Shown: positions 38,192 to 48,907, counted from the first letter of the stretch. The stretch: DNA of 48,907 nucleotides from an uncultured Pirellulaceae bacterium (GCA_964601665.1 CAZROJ010000003.1:1-48907), one strand, 5' to 3'. Notes: generated by a model from the letters alone, not told the origin. Numbers and translations are program-made.

Positions 38192-39976
38192 CTATTTTCG
38201 ATCCATTCGGATAACTCCCTGAGCAACAGTCGCGGAATCGAGTGAAGATTGAAGATAGTCCATCAAAAAGTCGGCGGCCGGATCGAGCGATTTCTTGGGC
38301 CCCAATAACTTGATCGCTTGTTGGACGTTGCCGCTTTCAAAAGCAGCGAGCGCACTTTCGTAGGCAAGGCACACGTCTTCGATGGGCTTTGGTTCGGTAA
38401 AGATCTGGTGAATGTCAATGGCTCGATCCATCCCGTAAGGCTGGAACTTACCCAGCCGCCGCTGTTTGCACTCGGATTTCGATTCGCGATCAATTCGATT
38501 CATCGTTGGGCCGTCAACCAAGATCGAAGCGTTCAGCCGCCGCGTCATCCCTTCGAGCCGAGACGCGAGATTGACGACCGGCCCAAACGCCGTCACCTTC
38601 ACTTGATCTCGAGTGCCGATCTTACCAGCAACTGCGATTCCCGAAGCGATTCCCGCGCCCATCGTGAATTCTCTTAACGAGGCAACGTTGGCTGAGAGCC
38701 GGCGAAACTCATTTTGAATTCGAATCGCCGCCTGCAGCGATGCGGCTGCTGATTGTTCAATCGAAATCGACTCCAGTGGCCATCCCCAGAAACCCATCAC
38801 CGCGTCGCCATGGAAGTCGCCGATAACTCCGCCCGTTTCCAGAATCATGCGAGTCGTCACGCCCAGGGAATCGCTGACGCGCGACAGCAAACCGAGTAAA
38901 TCGTCCGACATTTTCTCTGACGTTTTGCTGAACCCTCGCAGGTCGCAGAACAAAACTGACACCTCGCATTGTCGCGGTTGCAAAACCGTTTCCGCGTCCT
39001 GACCACGTAGTGCTTCGACCACGACCGGCGAAAAGAAAGATCGAAGGCTCGCCTGTTGGCGTTCCAGCTGTTGAACCCGCAACAAGTTTTTTAAAGTCGC
39101 CCCGACCAATTCGCAAAACTTAATGTCGCCATCCAAATCGCCTTCTTCGATTGGATGAGGCTCGCTTCCTTCTTGCAGCTTACTACTTCCAGCAACATAA
39201 ATGGCCCATCCGGCAGTGGCTTCCGTTTCGATCGGGCTGGCAAAGGCCCAGTCGTTTTCAAAATCAAACGTGTAGTTTTCCCCAGTGCAAGCCAGCGTAT
39301 CGGCCTCCCACACATTCAAAACCGACTGCTGCAATTCGATGGCGTTGGCGACCAGTTTCTCGCTGGGCTGGAAGTCGCCCCGAGTTAGCCCGCGCCGGTC
39401 CCAGTGAATAACCTCTAGCGATTGAATGTCAGCGGTTGTCGAATCCGCAGGCGATTTGGTTTTGACGACTCCGATCGAAGTCGCCGTCACGATGCCTGCC
39501 ATCAACGTGTTGACCATTCCGATTAGTAGCTCGTGGGCGTCGTTGGCGTTGGAGATCAAATCGGGCAGGCGGTTGAGGATTTCCAGTCGGCGGTCGGCGT
39601 CGCGGTATTGAACTTGTTCCAAAAAGTCGGCCGAAAAGGTCTGTTGGCGAATCGGATCCGGAGCCGACATCGAACCAAAAGCTTGATCGGAAGCGAGCAT
39701 GAACGACGTGTTACCGATGACAAAGTGTTCGCCCGGGTGGACGTGAAAGTCGTTGACTTCTTTGCCGTTAAAGAAAACCGGATTGGCCGCGTCGGGCAGT
39801 TTTTGAACGTGCAATCGGTGCTCGCTGGCCGAAAGCCGCACGTGCCGCCGAGAGATTTGGCTGTCCCATGGCACTCGATAAATTTCGGTTGAACGACCAA
39901 GCTCGATCGTCGCCCCGGGCAGCGTTCTTCGCCACCGATGGTCAACCGTGGGGCCTTGTGCAATCAATTCGAGCAT
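38192..39976 (-). CDS. Class III nucleotide cyclase with N-terminal FHA-like and central GAF-like regions
   Basis: LGR...ISRRH FHA-type motifs; cyclase motifs FCDLRGFS, FHGDAVMGFW, G..VNLASRLE. Confidence 0.87.
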   Translation of the reverse strand: MLELIAQGPTVDHRWRRTLPGATIELGRSTEIYRVPWDSQISRRHVRLSASEHRLHVQKLPDAANPVFFNGKEVNDFHVHPGEHFVIGNTSFMLASDQAFGSMSAPDPIRQQTFSADFLEQVQYRDADRRLEILNRLPDLISNANDAHELLIGMVNTLMAGIVTATSIGVVKTKSPADSTTADIQSLEVIHWDRRGLTRGDFQPSEKLVANAIELQQSVLNVWEADTLACTGENYTFDFENDWAFASPIETEATAGWAIYVAGSSKLQEGSEPHPIEEGDLDGDIKFCELVGATLKNLLRVQQLERQQASLRSFFSPVVVEALRGQDAETVLQPRQCEVSVLFCDLRGFSKTSEKMSDDLLGLLSRVSDSLGVTTRMILETGGVIGDFHGDAVMGFWGWPLESISIEQSAAASLQAAIRIQNEFRRLSANVASLREFTMGAGIASGIAVAGKIGTRDQVKVTAFGPVVNLASRLEGMTRRLNASILVDGPTMNRIDRESKSECKQRRLGKFQPYGMDRAIDIHQIFTEPKPIEDVCLAYESALAAFESGNVQQAIKLLGPKKSLDPAADFLMDYLQSSLDSATVAQGVIRMDRK

Positions 39977-40001
39977 GAGGTTTTAAGTGGTTTGGGTGGC
40001 G

Positions 40002-41000
40002 TTAGGTCGCGTTGTGACGGTGGACAAAGTCAGCAACTCTCGGGTTGGATGCTCCGTAGCTGACGATGGCAACTTCGAATCCAGTTCGTGAAAATAGCTT
40101 AAGCGAACGATCAATGGCTGACAAAATCCAGTCTAGCTTGTTTCCAAAAACACCGCCGCCAACCAAGGTTAAAAATAACTTGGCGTTGTTGTTTTCAATT
40201 TGATTTTGCAATGCAGTGTAAAAGGTCAACTCGTAAGACGCATCAAGAACCAGTTTTGGAAACAAGTTCCAGCGGCCCGCTGGAATATTAGAATAGGCCA
40301 CCGGCAACGCCGAACAAAATACTTGCGTGACTTGGTGGTTGCTGTCGCCAAGCGTAACTTCGGTGTTCGATTGCACGCCGACCATCAGCTTGCCTTGGAT
40401 TACATCTATTTCGTTTGGTGACGCAGCGGCCAATTGGTTTTCAATTGCTTCCAGCCCCTGGCGTGACGGGAAGCAATAGCCATTTTGCATCTTCCAGAGT
40501 TGGTTTTGTTCGTTTTGAAAATGTTGGCCAACGGCAGAAAGGCAGTCGAGCTGGCGGTCAGCGGTTTGTCCAATTTGCCCTTTCATGTCCACCAAGTAAT
40601 TTCGGAAAATCGTGCCGGCTCCGGCAGCGATGCAACAAGCCGGCCCCTGCGTGCGATCATTTTGATAGATGCCGATGCCGTCCTCGGGAACCGCATGCGG
40701 CGAAATCATTTCCAAGCAATTAAATTGCGATGCGACTTGGAAGACCGCGTTGGCGTTAGCTGGGGCTTGATGAAGCGACTGAACATCCGCGACGACTTCG
40801 CGGATTGTTGTTGGCGAGGATTGGTCGGGAATTTGAAATCGTTGGCGCAGGTGGCTGAGCTGCGGCGTCGTGAATTGACCGGCGACCATCGTCCGCCCAT
40901 TGACAAGCGAGTTGATCCGGCCGCCCTTCAGTTCTAGTTTAGCCCGAAGATCGTCCGCCGACGTTTCGGGGAAACCAGTCAGTTGTTCGAACCAATTCAT
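40002..41000 (-). CDS. Conserved hypothetical protein, possibly macrodomain/PARG-like
   Basis: MNWFEQLTGF.E, FQVASQFNCLEM, D.TQGPAC, QVFCSALP, LTLVGGGVFGN. ATG at 41000 preferred. Confidence 0.7.
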   Translation of the reverse strand: MNWFEQLTGFPETSADDLRAKLELKGGRINSLVNGRTMVAGQFTTPQLSHLRQRFQIPDQSSPTTIREVVADVQSLHQAPANANAVFQVASQFNCLEMISPHAVPEDGIGIYQNDRTQGPACCIAAGAGTIFRNYLVDMKGQIGQTADRQLDCLSAVGQHFQNEQNQLWKMQNGYCFPSRQGLEAIENQLAAASPNEIDVIQGKLMVGVQSNTEVTLGDSNHQVTQVFCSALPVAYSNIPAGRWNLFPKLVLDASYELTFYTALQNQIENNNAKLFLTLVGGGVFGNKLDWILSAIDRSLKLFSRTGFEVAIVSYGASNPRVADFVHRHNAT

Positions 41001-41208
41001 GTTTGGCTTTCTTTCATGCAAACATTTTTTGTAGCCGCACACATCGATTGTCGCTCGATTCTCCGAATCGTAAGCGTGACGTGGCAGCACGCAGGCCATT
41101 TTGATCGACGTCCTTCCAGGCAAAACCATTCCGCGGCTGACGCTTACCAATTGGAGAGTTGAGCCACATTGGGTTCATTGAACCGCCTCCGCGGACAGTT
41201 GCCATTTT

Positions 41209-42888
<1,680 letters not shown>

Positions 42889-43008
42889 GTCGAATAAGGC
42901 CGCAATGAAAACCTGCGGTAGCTAAATGAATCGAATGAAATGTCATCGGCAAGGTATCGGCCGCTGGCGTTGGGCTCGCGTGAGCTATTGTTGAAAGCGT
43001 CGCCTATT

Positions 43009-43046
43009 AAAAAAGCCCTGTCGATTTTAACCGATCAGGGCTTTTT
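43009..43046. terminator. Intrinsic terminator (bidirectional-type) downstream of the TIM-barrel gene
   Basis: aaaaagccctg (43010-43020) ... cagggcttttt (43036-43046). Confidence 0.82.
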
Positions 43047-43129
43047 GAAAATTCACGTTTGCGGTTGTCGCAGAGATTAGCCAGTGCTGGTGTTTGAATG
43101 GTCAAACGCCGGCAGATGGCATTTAAAAC

Positions 43130-44113
43130 CTACGCACTGGCGGCGGCTTCGGCTTCTTCGTTTTCAGCGGCTTCGGCAGCGGCGGCTTCGGCTGCTGCTT
43201 GAGCGATTTCAGCCGCAGGGTCTTGGCCATTGCCCAACCAATCAAGATGTTGGCTGATCGATTTGACGACTCGGTCGCGTGATTCGCCCGTGTAAGTTGA
43301 CATGTCGGTTGAAGCTGAGATCGCCAGTTCGGCATCGGCTTCTTTGACGGCTGCTGCAATCTGTGCACTCAGCGAATCAGCTTGATCGGCAGGCAGCGCA
43401 GTGCGGTCGCTGACTTTGATGTTGTCGCGGTCGGCATCGGCCTTGACGTCCGCGTAACGAACTTCGGTGACTTTGTCGAAGCCAGCTTCTTTCAGTTGAT
43501 CGACAGTGCCGCCGCCCAGTGCCCATTCCCAAGTGTCAACGCAAACGCCAACATTGTCTTGGCCGACCGCTTTGACCAAAGTCAAAAGTTCTTCGGCCGT
43601 TTGAACAAACTTGAAGGTGCCATCGGCAGGTTCCGATTTTGAAGTTTGCAGCGCCAAACCGATTTTGATTCCGCTGGCCGCAAACTTTTCAGAAAGCTCT
43701 TGCAAGCGTTGCTGATGGTTTTCAAAACATTCTTGGAACGAGAAGTGTTCGCAGTTGGGCGCGATTTCGACGTAGCAACGCTCAGCACCCAGCTCAGAGG
43801 CCAAATCGATGATCGTGTCAGTTTTTTCGATGGACGCGGCGTACTCTTCGTTTGTGCCTGAAAGTTCGAAAGGCAAACGGAACGTACCGATCGTTAGGTG
43901 TTTGCCGCCACTGTTGGCATCGCCTTCGGAGGCGGGGCTTTTGGCGGCTTTCAAAAACTGGCAGGCAAATTCTTTGCCCATCGCATCGTGGCGGCCGACC
44001 AAATCAACCATGTCAACTTCGACACCTTGAAAACCGAAAGTCAGTGCCAATTCGATCAGTTCGTTTTGCTTGCCACCGACGCCGAGGCCGCGTGTATTGA
44101 GAATTTTAAACAT
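43130..44113 (-). CDS. Sugar phosphate isomerase/epimerase-like TIM-barrel protein with Ala/Glu-rich tail
   Basis: ELALTFGFQGVEVD, A.ELGA, NVGVCVDTWEW...GG; AAGGAG RBS at 44123-44128. Confidence 0.75.
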   Translation of the reverse strand: MFKILNTRGLGVGGKQNELIELALTFGFQGVEVDMVDLVGRHDAMGKEFACQFLKAAKSPASEGDANSGGKHLTIGTFRLPFELSGTNEEYAASIEKTDTIIDLASELGAERCYVEIAPNCEHFSFQECFENHQQRLQELSEKFAASGIKIGLALQTSKSEPADGTFKFVQTAEELLTLVKAVGQDNVGVCVDTWEWALGGGTVDQLKEAGFDKVTEVRYADVKADADRDNIKVSDRTALPADQADSLSAQIAAAVKEADAELAISASTDMSTYTGESRDRVVKSISQHLDWLGNGQDPAAEIAQAAAEAAAAEAAENEEAEAAASA

Positions 44114-44532
44114 CGTATTTGTCTCCTTGTTAATCTGCCGAATTGCAAATGGCGAATATTGGATCGCTCAGCTCTAAACATTTCCAACGATGGTTTCAGC
44201 TGGGCGAGCGATCGAGGCTCTGTCGGCGATGGCGTGACGCCAAATGGGACAAAACCGGTAGTCGCTTGCGAAGGTCCCCGTCAGCAGCCCGGAGCCCCTG
44301 AAGTGGGGCATGGATAGCGGACAATCGTCGATCCGCCGGCAGTTGAGGGCATTGATGAGCCAAAAAACTGAGGGCCTTCGAACGTTTGGATGCGAACTTC
44401 GTTGTTAAAGGGCGAGATTATGCCAAAAACTGCTCAAAAGTCATAGGGCTGAATTCAGGCTCGGCCCGTAAATTGGCGTTTCTTCGCGTTTCGGTTTAAA
44501 AAGCTGCTATCAGCTCGTCAAATCACCGTCAA

Positions 44533-44558
44533 TTACTCAGCCAACTTACTCAGCCAAC
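44533..44558. repeat. 13-bp tandem duplication ttactcagccaac x2 including the glucosidase stop codon
   Basis: Copies at 44533-44545 and 44546-44558. Confidence 0.9.
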
Positions 44559-47230
44559 CTCCGCAGGCAATTGACCACTAACGCCGTCCAGCCGGTTTGA
44601 TGGCTGGCACCCAGTCCGCGGCCGGAATCGCCGTGGAAGTATTCGTAGAACAACACGAGGTCTTTCCAGTTGGGGTCGTTGGCAAATCGTTCGTCGCCGC
44701 CGTTGCTCGCCCGGTGACCGTTTTCGTCGGGAATAAACATGCTGGCCATCCGTCCGGCCAACTCTCGCGCGACCTGCTTGAGGTTCATCATGTTGCCAGA
44801 GCCCGTTGGGCATTCCACTTGGAATTCATCCCCCCAAAACTCATGGTAGGTCTCTAGCGATTCGATGATCAAATAATTAATCGGAAACCAAATCGGGCCT
44901 CGCCAATTCGAATTGCCACCGAACAAACCCGAATCTGATTCGCCCGGCGTGTAAGCGACCGAAACCGAGTTGCCGTCGAGCGTAAGTTCGAACGGGTGGT
45001 CTTGGTGAACTTTGGACATCGATCTGACGCCGTATTCGGACAGGAATTCGTTTTCGTCCAGTAAATACTTCAGCAGTCGCTCAAGCCGCTGCCGCGATGG
45101 GATCGCCAGCATCAGTTTGGGGATGTTGCCGCGACGTTCGAGGTAAGTAATTTGACTGGCCAGCTCTTTACGGTTTTCCAAAAACCAGACCATGCGTTTT
45201 TTGAAGCCCGGCATCTTATCGATTTGCTGCGTGTCAATGACGCTGGCCGCGACCATCGGCAACAGCCCGACCAGCGATCGCAATCGAATCGCAACGTACT
45301 GGTCGCCTCGGTGCAGATGATCGTAATAAAAACCGTCGTCATCATTCCACAAGCCACGCCCGCCAACGCAGTTCATCGCGTCCGTGATCGCGATAAAATG
45401 CTCGAAAAATTTCGAAGCAATATCTTCATAGCTCGGATCTTCGCTGGCCAGTTCCAGCGAAATTGACAGCATGGTCGCGCAGTAGAACGCCATCCAAGCC
45501 GTGGCGTCTGCTTGGTCCAAGTGCCCGCCGAAGGGTGATTCTTTGGACCGATCAAAGACGCCGATATTATCCAGCCCCAAGAATCCACCCGAGAAAATAT
45601 TGTTATCGTCGCGGTCTTTTCGGTTGATCCACCAAGTGAAGTTGATCAGCAGTTTGTGGAAAACACGAGCCAAGAAAACGCGGTCGGGTTTGCCTTGCTT
45701 TTTTTCGTATTGGTAGATTCGCAGGGCCGCCCAAGCGTGGACCGGCGGGTTGGTGTCTCCCAAGGCAAATTCGTAAGCCGGGATTTGGCCGATCGGGTTC
45801 ATGAACCATTCACGCAAGAACAAAATCAATTGTCGCTTGGCAAAATCGATATCAATTTCGGCGAACGGGATCATGTGAAACGCTAAATCCCAGGCCGCGT
45901 ACCAAGGGTACTCCCATTTGTCCGGCATGGAAATCACATCACGGTTGGCCAAGTGTTGCCATTCGGAGTTCCGGCCCTGCTTGCGGCTCTCCGGCGGCGC
46001 TGGGCGATTCGGATCGCCTCGTAACCAATCGCGAACGTTGTAATGATAAAACTGCTTGGTCCAGCACAGCCCCGCGTAGGCTTGTCGAGCGATCTTGGCG
46101 GGTTCGCCTTTGAGTTCGCCCAGAACTTCTTCGTAAAAATCATCGGCCTCGGCAATGCGAGTTTCAAAAGCGGATTCGAAGTCGTCGCCCAGCGGTTGAG
46201 ACTCGCCGCGCGTTAGCGATTGGAACGAGCGATCATTCAGCAGACGCATTTGGATGGTCTTGGTTTCTCCGGGAGCAATTTCGAAACGAAACCAGGCCGC
46301 CGATTTCGTGCCGACTTGGCCGGGATGTGTGGCCGACGTGTTTTTGTGAACGACGTAATCGTGAAACGCGTCCTTGACGTAGGGATGTTCGTTTGCGACG
46401 CCGTAGAGGAGCTGGCGGTTGGTTTCGTTTTCGGTGAACAGCAGCGGCGGCGCTCCGTCTTCATCCGGCTGGATCAAAAAATGCATCAGCCCCAGAGAAG
46501 CGTGTTCCATCGAAATATGATCGGAGGCTTGTCGTTGCAAACGCGGCCGCGGCCAGTAGCCTTCGCCCGTTCGGCCATGAGCCCAAGTGTTGCGGCACCA
46601 CAACGTTGGTAAGCAATCGAGCGGCGCGGTGTCGGGGCCGCGGTTGGTAATCGAGATGCGAATCAGCAGGTCGTGAGGTGAACCTTTGGCGTATTCGGCT
46701 TGGACATCAAAGTAACGTGATTCATCGAAAACGCCGGTGTCTTTGAGTTCGAATTCAGGTTCCAGTTTGTTGCGAGCCGCGTTCTCGTCGACCAGTCGCT
46801 GGTAAGGGAATTCAGCTTGCGGGTATTTGTACAGGGCTTTCATGTACGAATGCGTCGGCGTTGAATCGAGGTAGAAATATTCCTCTTTGACGTCTTCCCC
46901 ATGGTTGCCTTGCGGGCCGGTCAAGCCAAACAGTCGCTCTTTTAAAAAGGGATCTTGGTGGTTCCAAAGCGCCAACGCAAAACAGGCGCGGCCTTGCCGA
47001 TCGGTGATCCCCAGCAAACCGTCTTCGCCCCAGCGGTACGCCTGCGACCGAGCCTGTTCGTGGGTGAAAGAGTTCCAACTGTCGCCGTTAAACGAATAGT
47101 CCTCGCGAACGGTTCCCCACTGCCGTTCGGCCAAGTACGGGCCCCATCGTTTCCAGTTTTCGGTGCGGGTTTTGTTTTGATCTAAACGGTCCCATTCGGG
47201 CGATCGTGGCGAGGGTTTTGAGTCGGGCAT
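44546..47230 (-). CDS. MGH1-like / GH63 glycoside hydrolase (glucosidase)
   Basis: WKRWGPYL.ERQWGTVREDYS, SMPDKWEYPW.AAWDLAFH, FLGLDNIG, GNSNWRGP.W.P.N, EYFHGD.G.GLGASHQTGWT. ATG at 47230. Confidence 0.92.
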   Translation of the reverse strand: MPDSKPSPRSPEWDRLDQNKTRTENWKRWGPYLAERQWGTVREDYSFNGDSWNSFTHEQARSQAYRWGEDGLLGITDRQGRACFALALWNHQDPFLKERLFGLTGPQGNHGEDVKEEYFYLDSTPTHSYMKALYKYPQAEFPYQRLVDENAARNKLEPEFELKDTGVFDESRYFDVQAEYAKGSPHDLLIRISITNRGPDTAPLDCLPTLWCRNTWAHGRTGEGYWPRPRLQRQASDHISMEHASLGLMHFLIQPDEDGAPPLLFTENETNRQLLYGVANEHPYVKDAFHDYVVHKNTSATHPGQVGTKSAAWFRFEIAPGETKTIQMRLLNDRSFQSLTRGESQPLGDDFESAFETRIAEADDFYEEVLGELKGEPAKIARQAYAGLCWTKQFYHYNVRDWLRGDPNRPAPPESRKQGRNSEWQHLANRDVISMPDKWEYPWYAAWDLAFHMIPFAEIDIDFAKRQLILFLREWFMNPIGQIPAYEFALGDTNPPVHAWAALRIYQYEKKQGKPDRVFLARVFHKLLINFTWWINRKDRDDNNIFSGGFLGLDNIGVFDRSKESPFGGHLDQADATAWMAFYCATMLSISLELASEDPSYEDIASKFFEHFIAITDAMNCVGGRGLWNDDDGFYYDHLHRGDQYVAIRLRSLVGLLPMVAASVIDTQQIDKMPGFKKRMVWFLENRKELASQITYLERRGNIPKLMLAIPSRQRLERLLKYLLDENEFLSEYGVRSMSKVHQDHPFELTLDGNSVSVAYTPGESDSGLFGGNSNWRGPIWFPINYLIIESLETYHEFWGDEFQVECPTGSGNMMNLKQVARELAGRMASMFIPDENGHRASNGGDERFANDPNWKDLVLFYEYFHGDSGRGLGASHQTGWTALVVNCLRRLAE

Positions 47231-47378
47231 GAAGAGTCGTTTTTGGGTCGAGGCCAATTTGGGTTTCGATCGTTCGCTTCTTCGCATCGATGATGCGAAA
47301 GCTAAGACAACAATTTTGCCCTATTTTGGCGAGACTTGTAACTGCAGATAGACCGCTGGCGTTGTCTTGGGTGGCTAT

Positions 47379-47594
47379 TTATTTGAGTTTCGCCAGAAAT
47401 TCGTCCAAGGCGATACGATATTCTTCGGATTGAGGATCGTTGTGCCCGGCGTCTTTGATTGTGACAAACTTTTTGGGTCCCCGCGCGGCTGCGAACAGCT
47501 GGTGCCCCTGTTCGATCGGAATCAGTTCGTCCGCGTCGCCGTGCGACTGCAGCAGCGGGCCGGGGTAGTTCGCAATTTTGTCGATCGAATTCAA
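47379..47594 (-). pseudogene. C-terminal fragment of an alpha/beta-hydrolase (Bem46/ABHD-like)
   Basis: PLLQSHGDADELIP (catalytic Asp) and AGHND (catalytic His) are present; the GxSxG nucleophile and N-terminal two-thirds are absent and replaced by unrelated sequence. Confidence 0.8.
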
Positions 47595-48044
47595 TCATCG
47601 ACAAAAATAAATTCGCGCAATGAATCTCTCGCGCGGCTGACTTCATTCTGAGCGTGGCTAAACTCATCACAAAGCCAAATCGCCAATTTGTTCAAAGTGC
47701 ATACACGTGCTCGTCTTCAACGATTCGGGAGCAGGCATTGTGCCGAGCATGAAGATTCTATTTCGAAGCTCGTCGGGAACTTTGTCAAGCTCCTCATCGA
47801 TCCGACTCGCGTACTGATCACTATCAATTAAAACAACAACATGAGCCTTGGAGTTCGATTTCAGGATTGGAAGATAATCGTTGTGAAGCTTGGCGATGGC
47901 GAGCATCCACCCTCCCGCAACGGGTAAAATTTGCATCGAGCGCTGGCTTATTCCGAAATAGTTTCCAAACCCGACGGCAATTTGTCGATTGGCATCGTCT
48001 TCTGGGATAATGTAAACGTGCGGCTTGTATTTATTGACTGCCAT
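47591..48044 (-). pseudogene. TOPRIM-like partner of the AAA ATPase, frameshifted near its 3' end
   Basis: VYIIPEDDANRQ (Glu) and VVVLIDSD (DxD). The frame stops at 47667, but a shifted frame continues LCDEFSHAQNEVSRARDSLREFIFVDD* to 47591. Confidence 0.6.
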
Positions 48045-48812
48045 TAGGGATGTCGCCTCGGATCAATGATTCGATCAGATCGCCTCTAACCGTCAGTTCG
48101 CTCAGCCATCTGGCCGTCGTCGGTTCGAGGTGTGACTTTCGGTCGAGACAGAGCGTTGTTTCGTTGGAGAATTTCCTGATCGCTTCCGGGTTGTGCGAGG
48201 TGACAAAAATCTGCCCCGAACGAGCAAAGGATTGTCTTAATGAAGCGACCAGGTGGCCGACTTCGGAAAGTGAGAGGAAGTTGTCGGGTTCGTCCCAAAG
48301 ACAAAACAAGGGGCCTTGATGACGCTCCACGAAGCAGGGTATCGCCCAAGAACTCCACTGAACCACGCGGCAAAGTTGGAAACTGACTTATTGGGAAACA
48401 GAGAATCCTCGTTGGCCTCGCCAGAAATCAAGGAAGGAACCGGCGCGATGATGATTAATTGGGAAAGCCACGTCTTGAATGTTTCTAAAACGTTATCGCT
48501 GCCTCGCATTTGAATGATCGGCAGAGCCACGAAGTGCCAGTCGACCATGAAAGAAGAATTGTCTGCAACCAAATTTACCTGCGCTTCCGTACGGTCATAG
48601 ATTTTGTCGCCATCGACTTGGAGCGACTCTTCTCTGATCCTCGCTTCTCGGAAGTCTTTGGGGAGTTCGAAGGCGATCGTATAGTCGAACTGTTTGCCAT
48701 CAATTCTGGAAGTGATTTCGATTCGAACAGGAATCTCGGTCCGCCCTTTAGAAAAGTCCTCGGGTTTTAGAAGGTCGCGGATTCGATTGGTTCCTCTGCC
48801 GATTTTTTGCCG
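48031..48812 (-). pseudogene. ABC/AAA_21-type ATPase pseudogene (no Walker A, internal deletion with frameshift)
   Basis: C-terminal frame has Walker B LWDEPDNFL and H-loop VTSHNPE. The upstream frame (..QKIGRGTNRI....RYPASWSVI) joins it out of frame near 48320. No Walker A or LSxG signature anywhere. Confidence 0.75.
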
Positions 48813-48841
48813 CTTCCGTCGGGCTTGCCCCGGTCGGAGCG
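48811..48841. repeat. GC-rich imperfect palindrome (REP-like) at the ATPase truncation point
   Basis: cgcttccgtcggg-cttgc-cccggtcggagcg folds into an imperfect stem-loop. Confidence 0.45.
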
Positions 48842-48907
48842 ACAACTGACAAGCTAAAACGGTAACCTCAATTTGCCCGCACTCTCCCCGAAAAACGCGA
48901 AGCGTTT

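Noticed and set aside
42889-43008. Leader-peptide attenuator upstream of ilvD
   Set aside because: No short Ile/Leu/Val-rich ORF and no terminator/antiterminator pair evident.
43130-43220. Repetitive gcggcttcg DNA
   Set aside because: Explained by the Ala/Glu-rich C-terminal tail of the TIM-barrel protein.
44214-44300. SRP RNA (ffs)
   Set aside because: Superficial aggtcc...agcagcc similarity, but the GNRA tetraloop hairpin of the SRP core is missing.
47281-47299. Hairpin ttcgcatc-gat-gatgcgaa as a terminator
   Set aside because: No U-tract on either strand; function cannot be supported.

Overview
A 48.9-kb chromosomal stretch that looks planctomycetal (Pirellulaceae-like). That placement is inferred from gene content and protein style; no search was run, and all family assignments come from motif recognition. 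Most of it is housekeeping or metabolic: msrA, dapL, yjbQ, uvrA, astD, ABC-F, tdh, polA, an mqnB-like gene, ilvD and a GH63-like glucosidase. The accessory highlights are: (1) a complete, apparently intact type I Wadjet (jetABCD) anti-plasmid operon at 12841-19499 with no integrase or other defence genes beside it; (2) a btaA-btaB betaine-lipid (DGTS) operon with a possible third small membrane gene; (3) a RAYT/Y1 transposase-like gene at the left edge, followed by a 16-codon comM-like remnant; (4) two copies of a ~60-bp element with terminal inverted repeats sitting between convergent genes; (5) a decayed ABC/AAA-ATPase + TOPRIM-like gene pair fused to a truncated hydrolase at the right edge; (6) a co-oriented macrodomain-like / FHA-class III cyclase (non-canonical specificity residue) / lipase trio; (7) a Tdh lacking all four structural-zinc cysteines; (8) a hairpin-rich ~250-nt intergenic leader; and (9) several 13-17-bp intergenic tandem duplications. 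No tRNA, rRNA or CRISPR array was seen.
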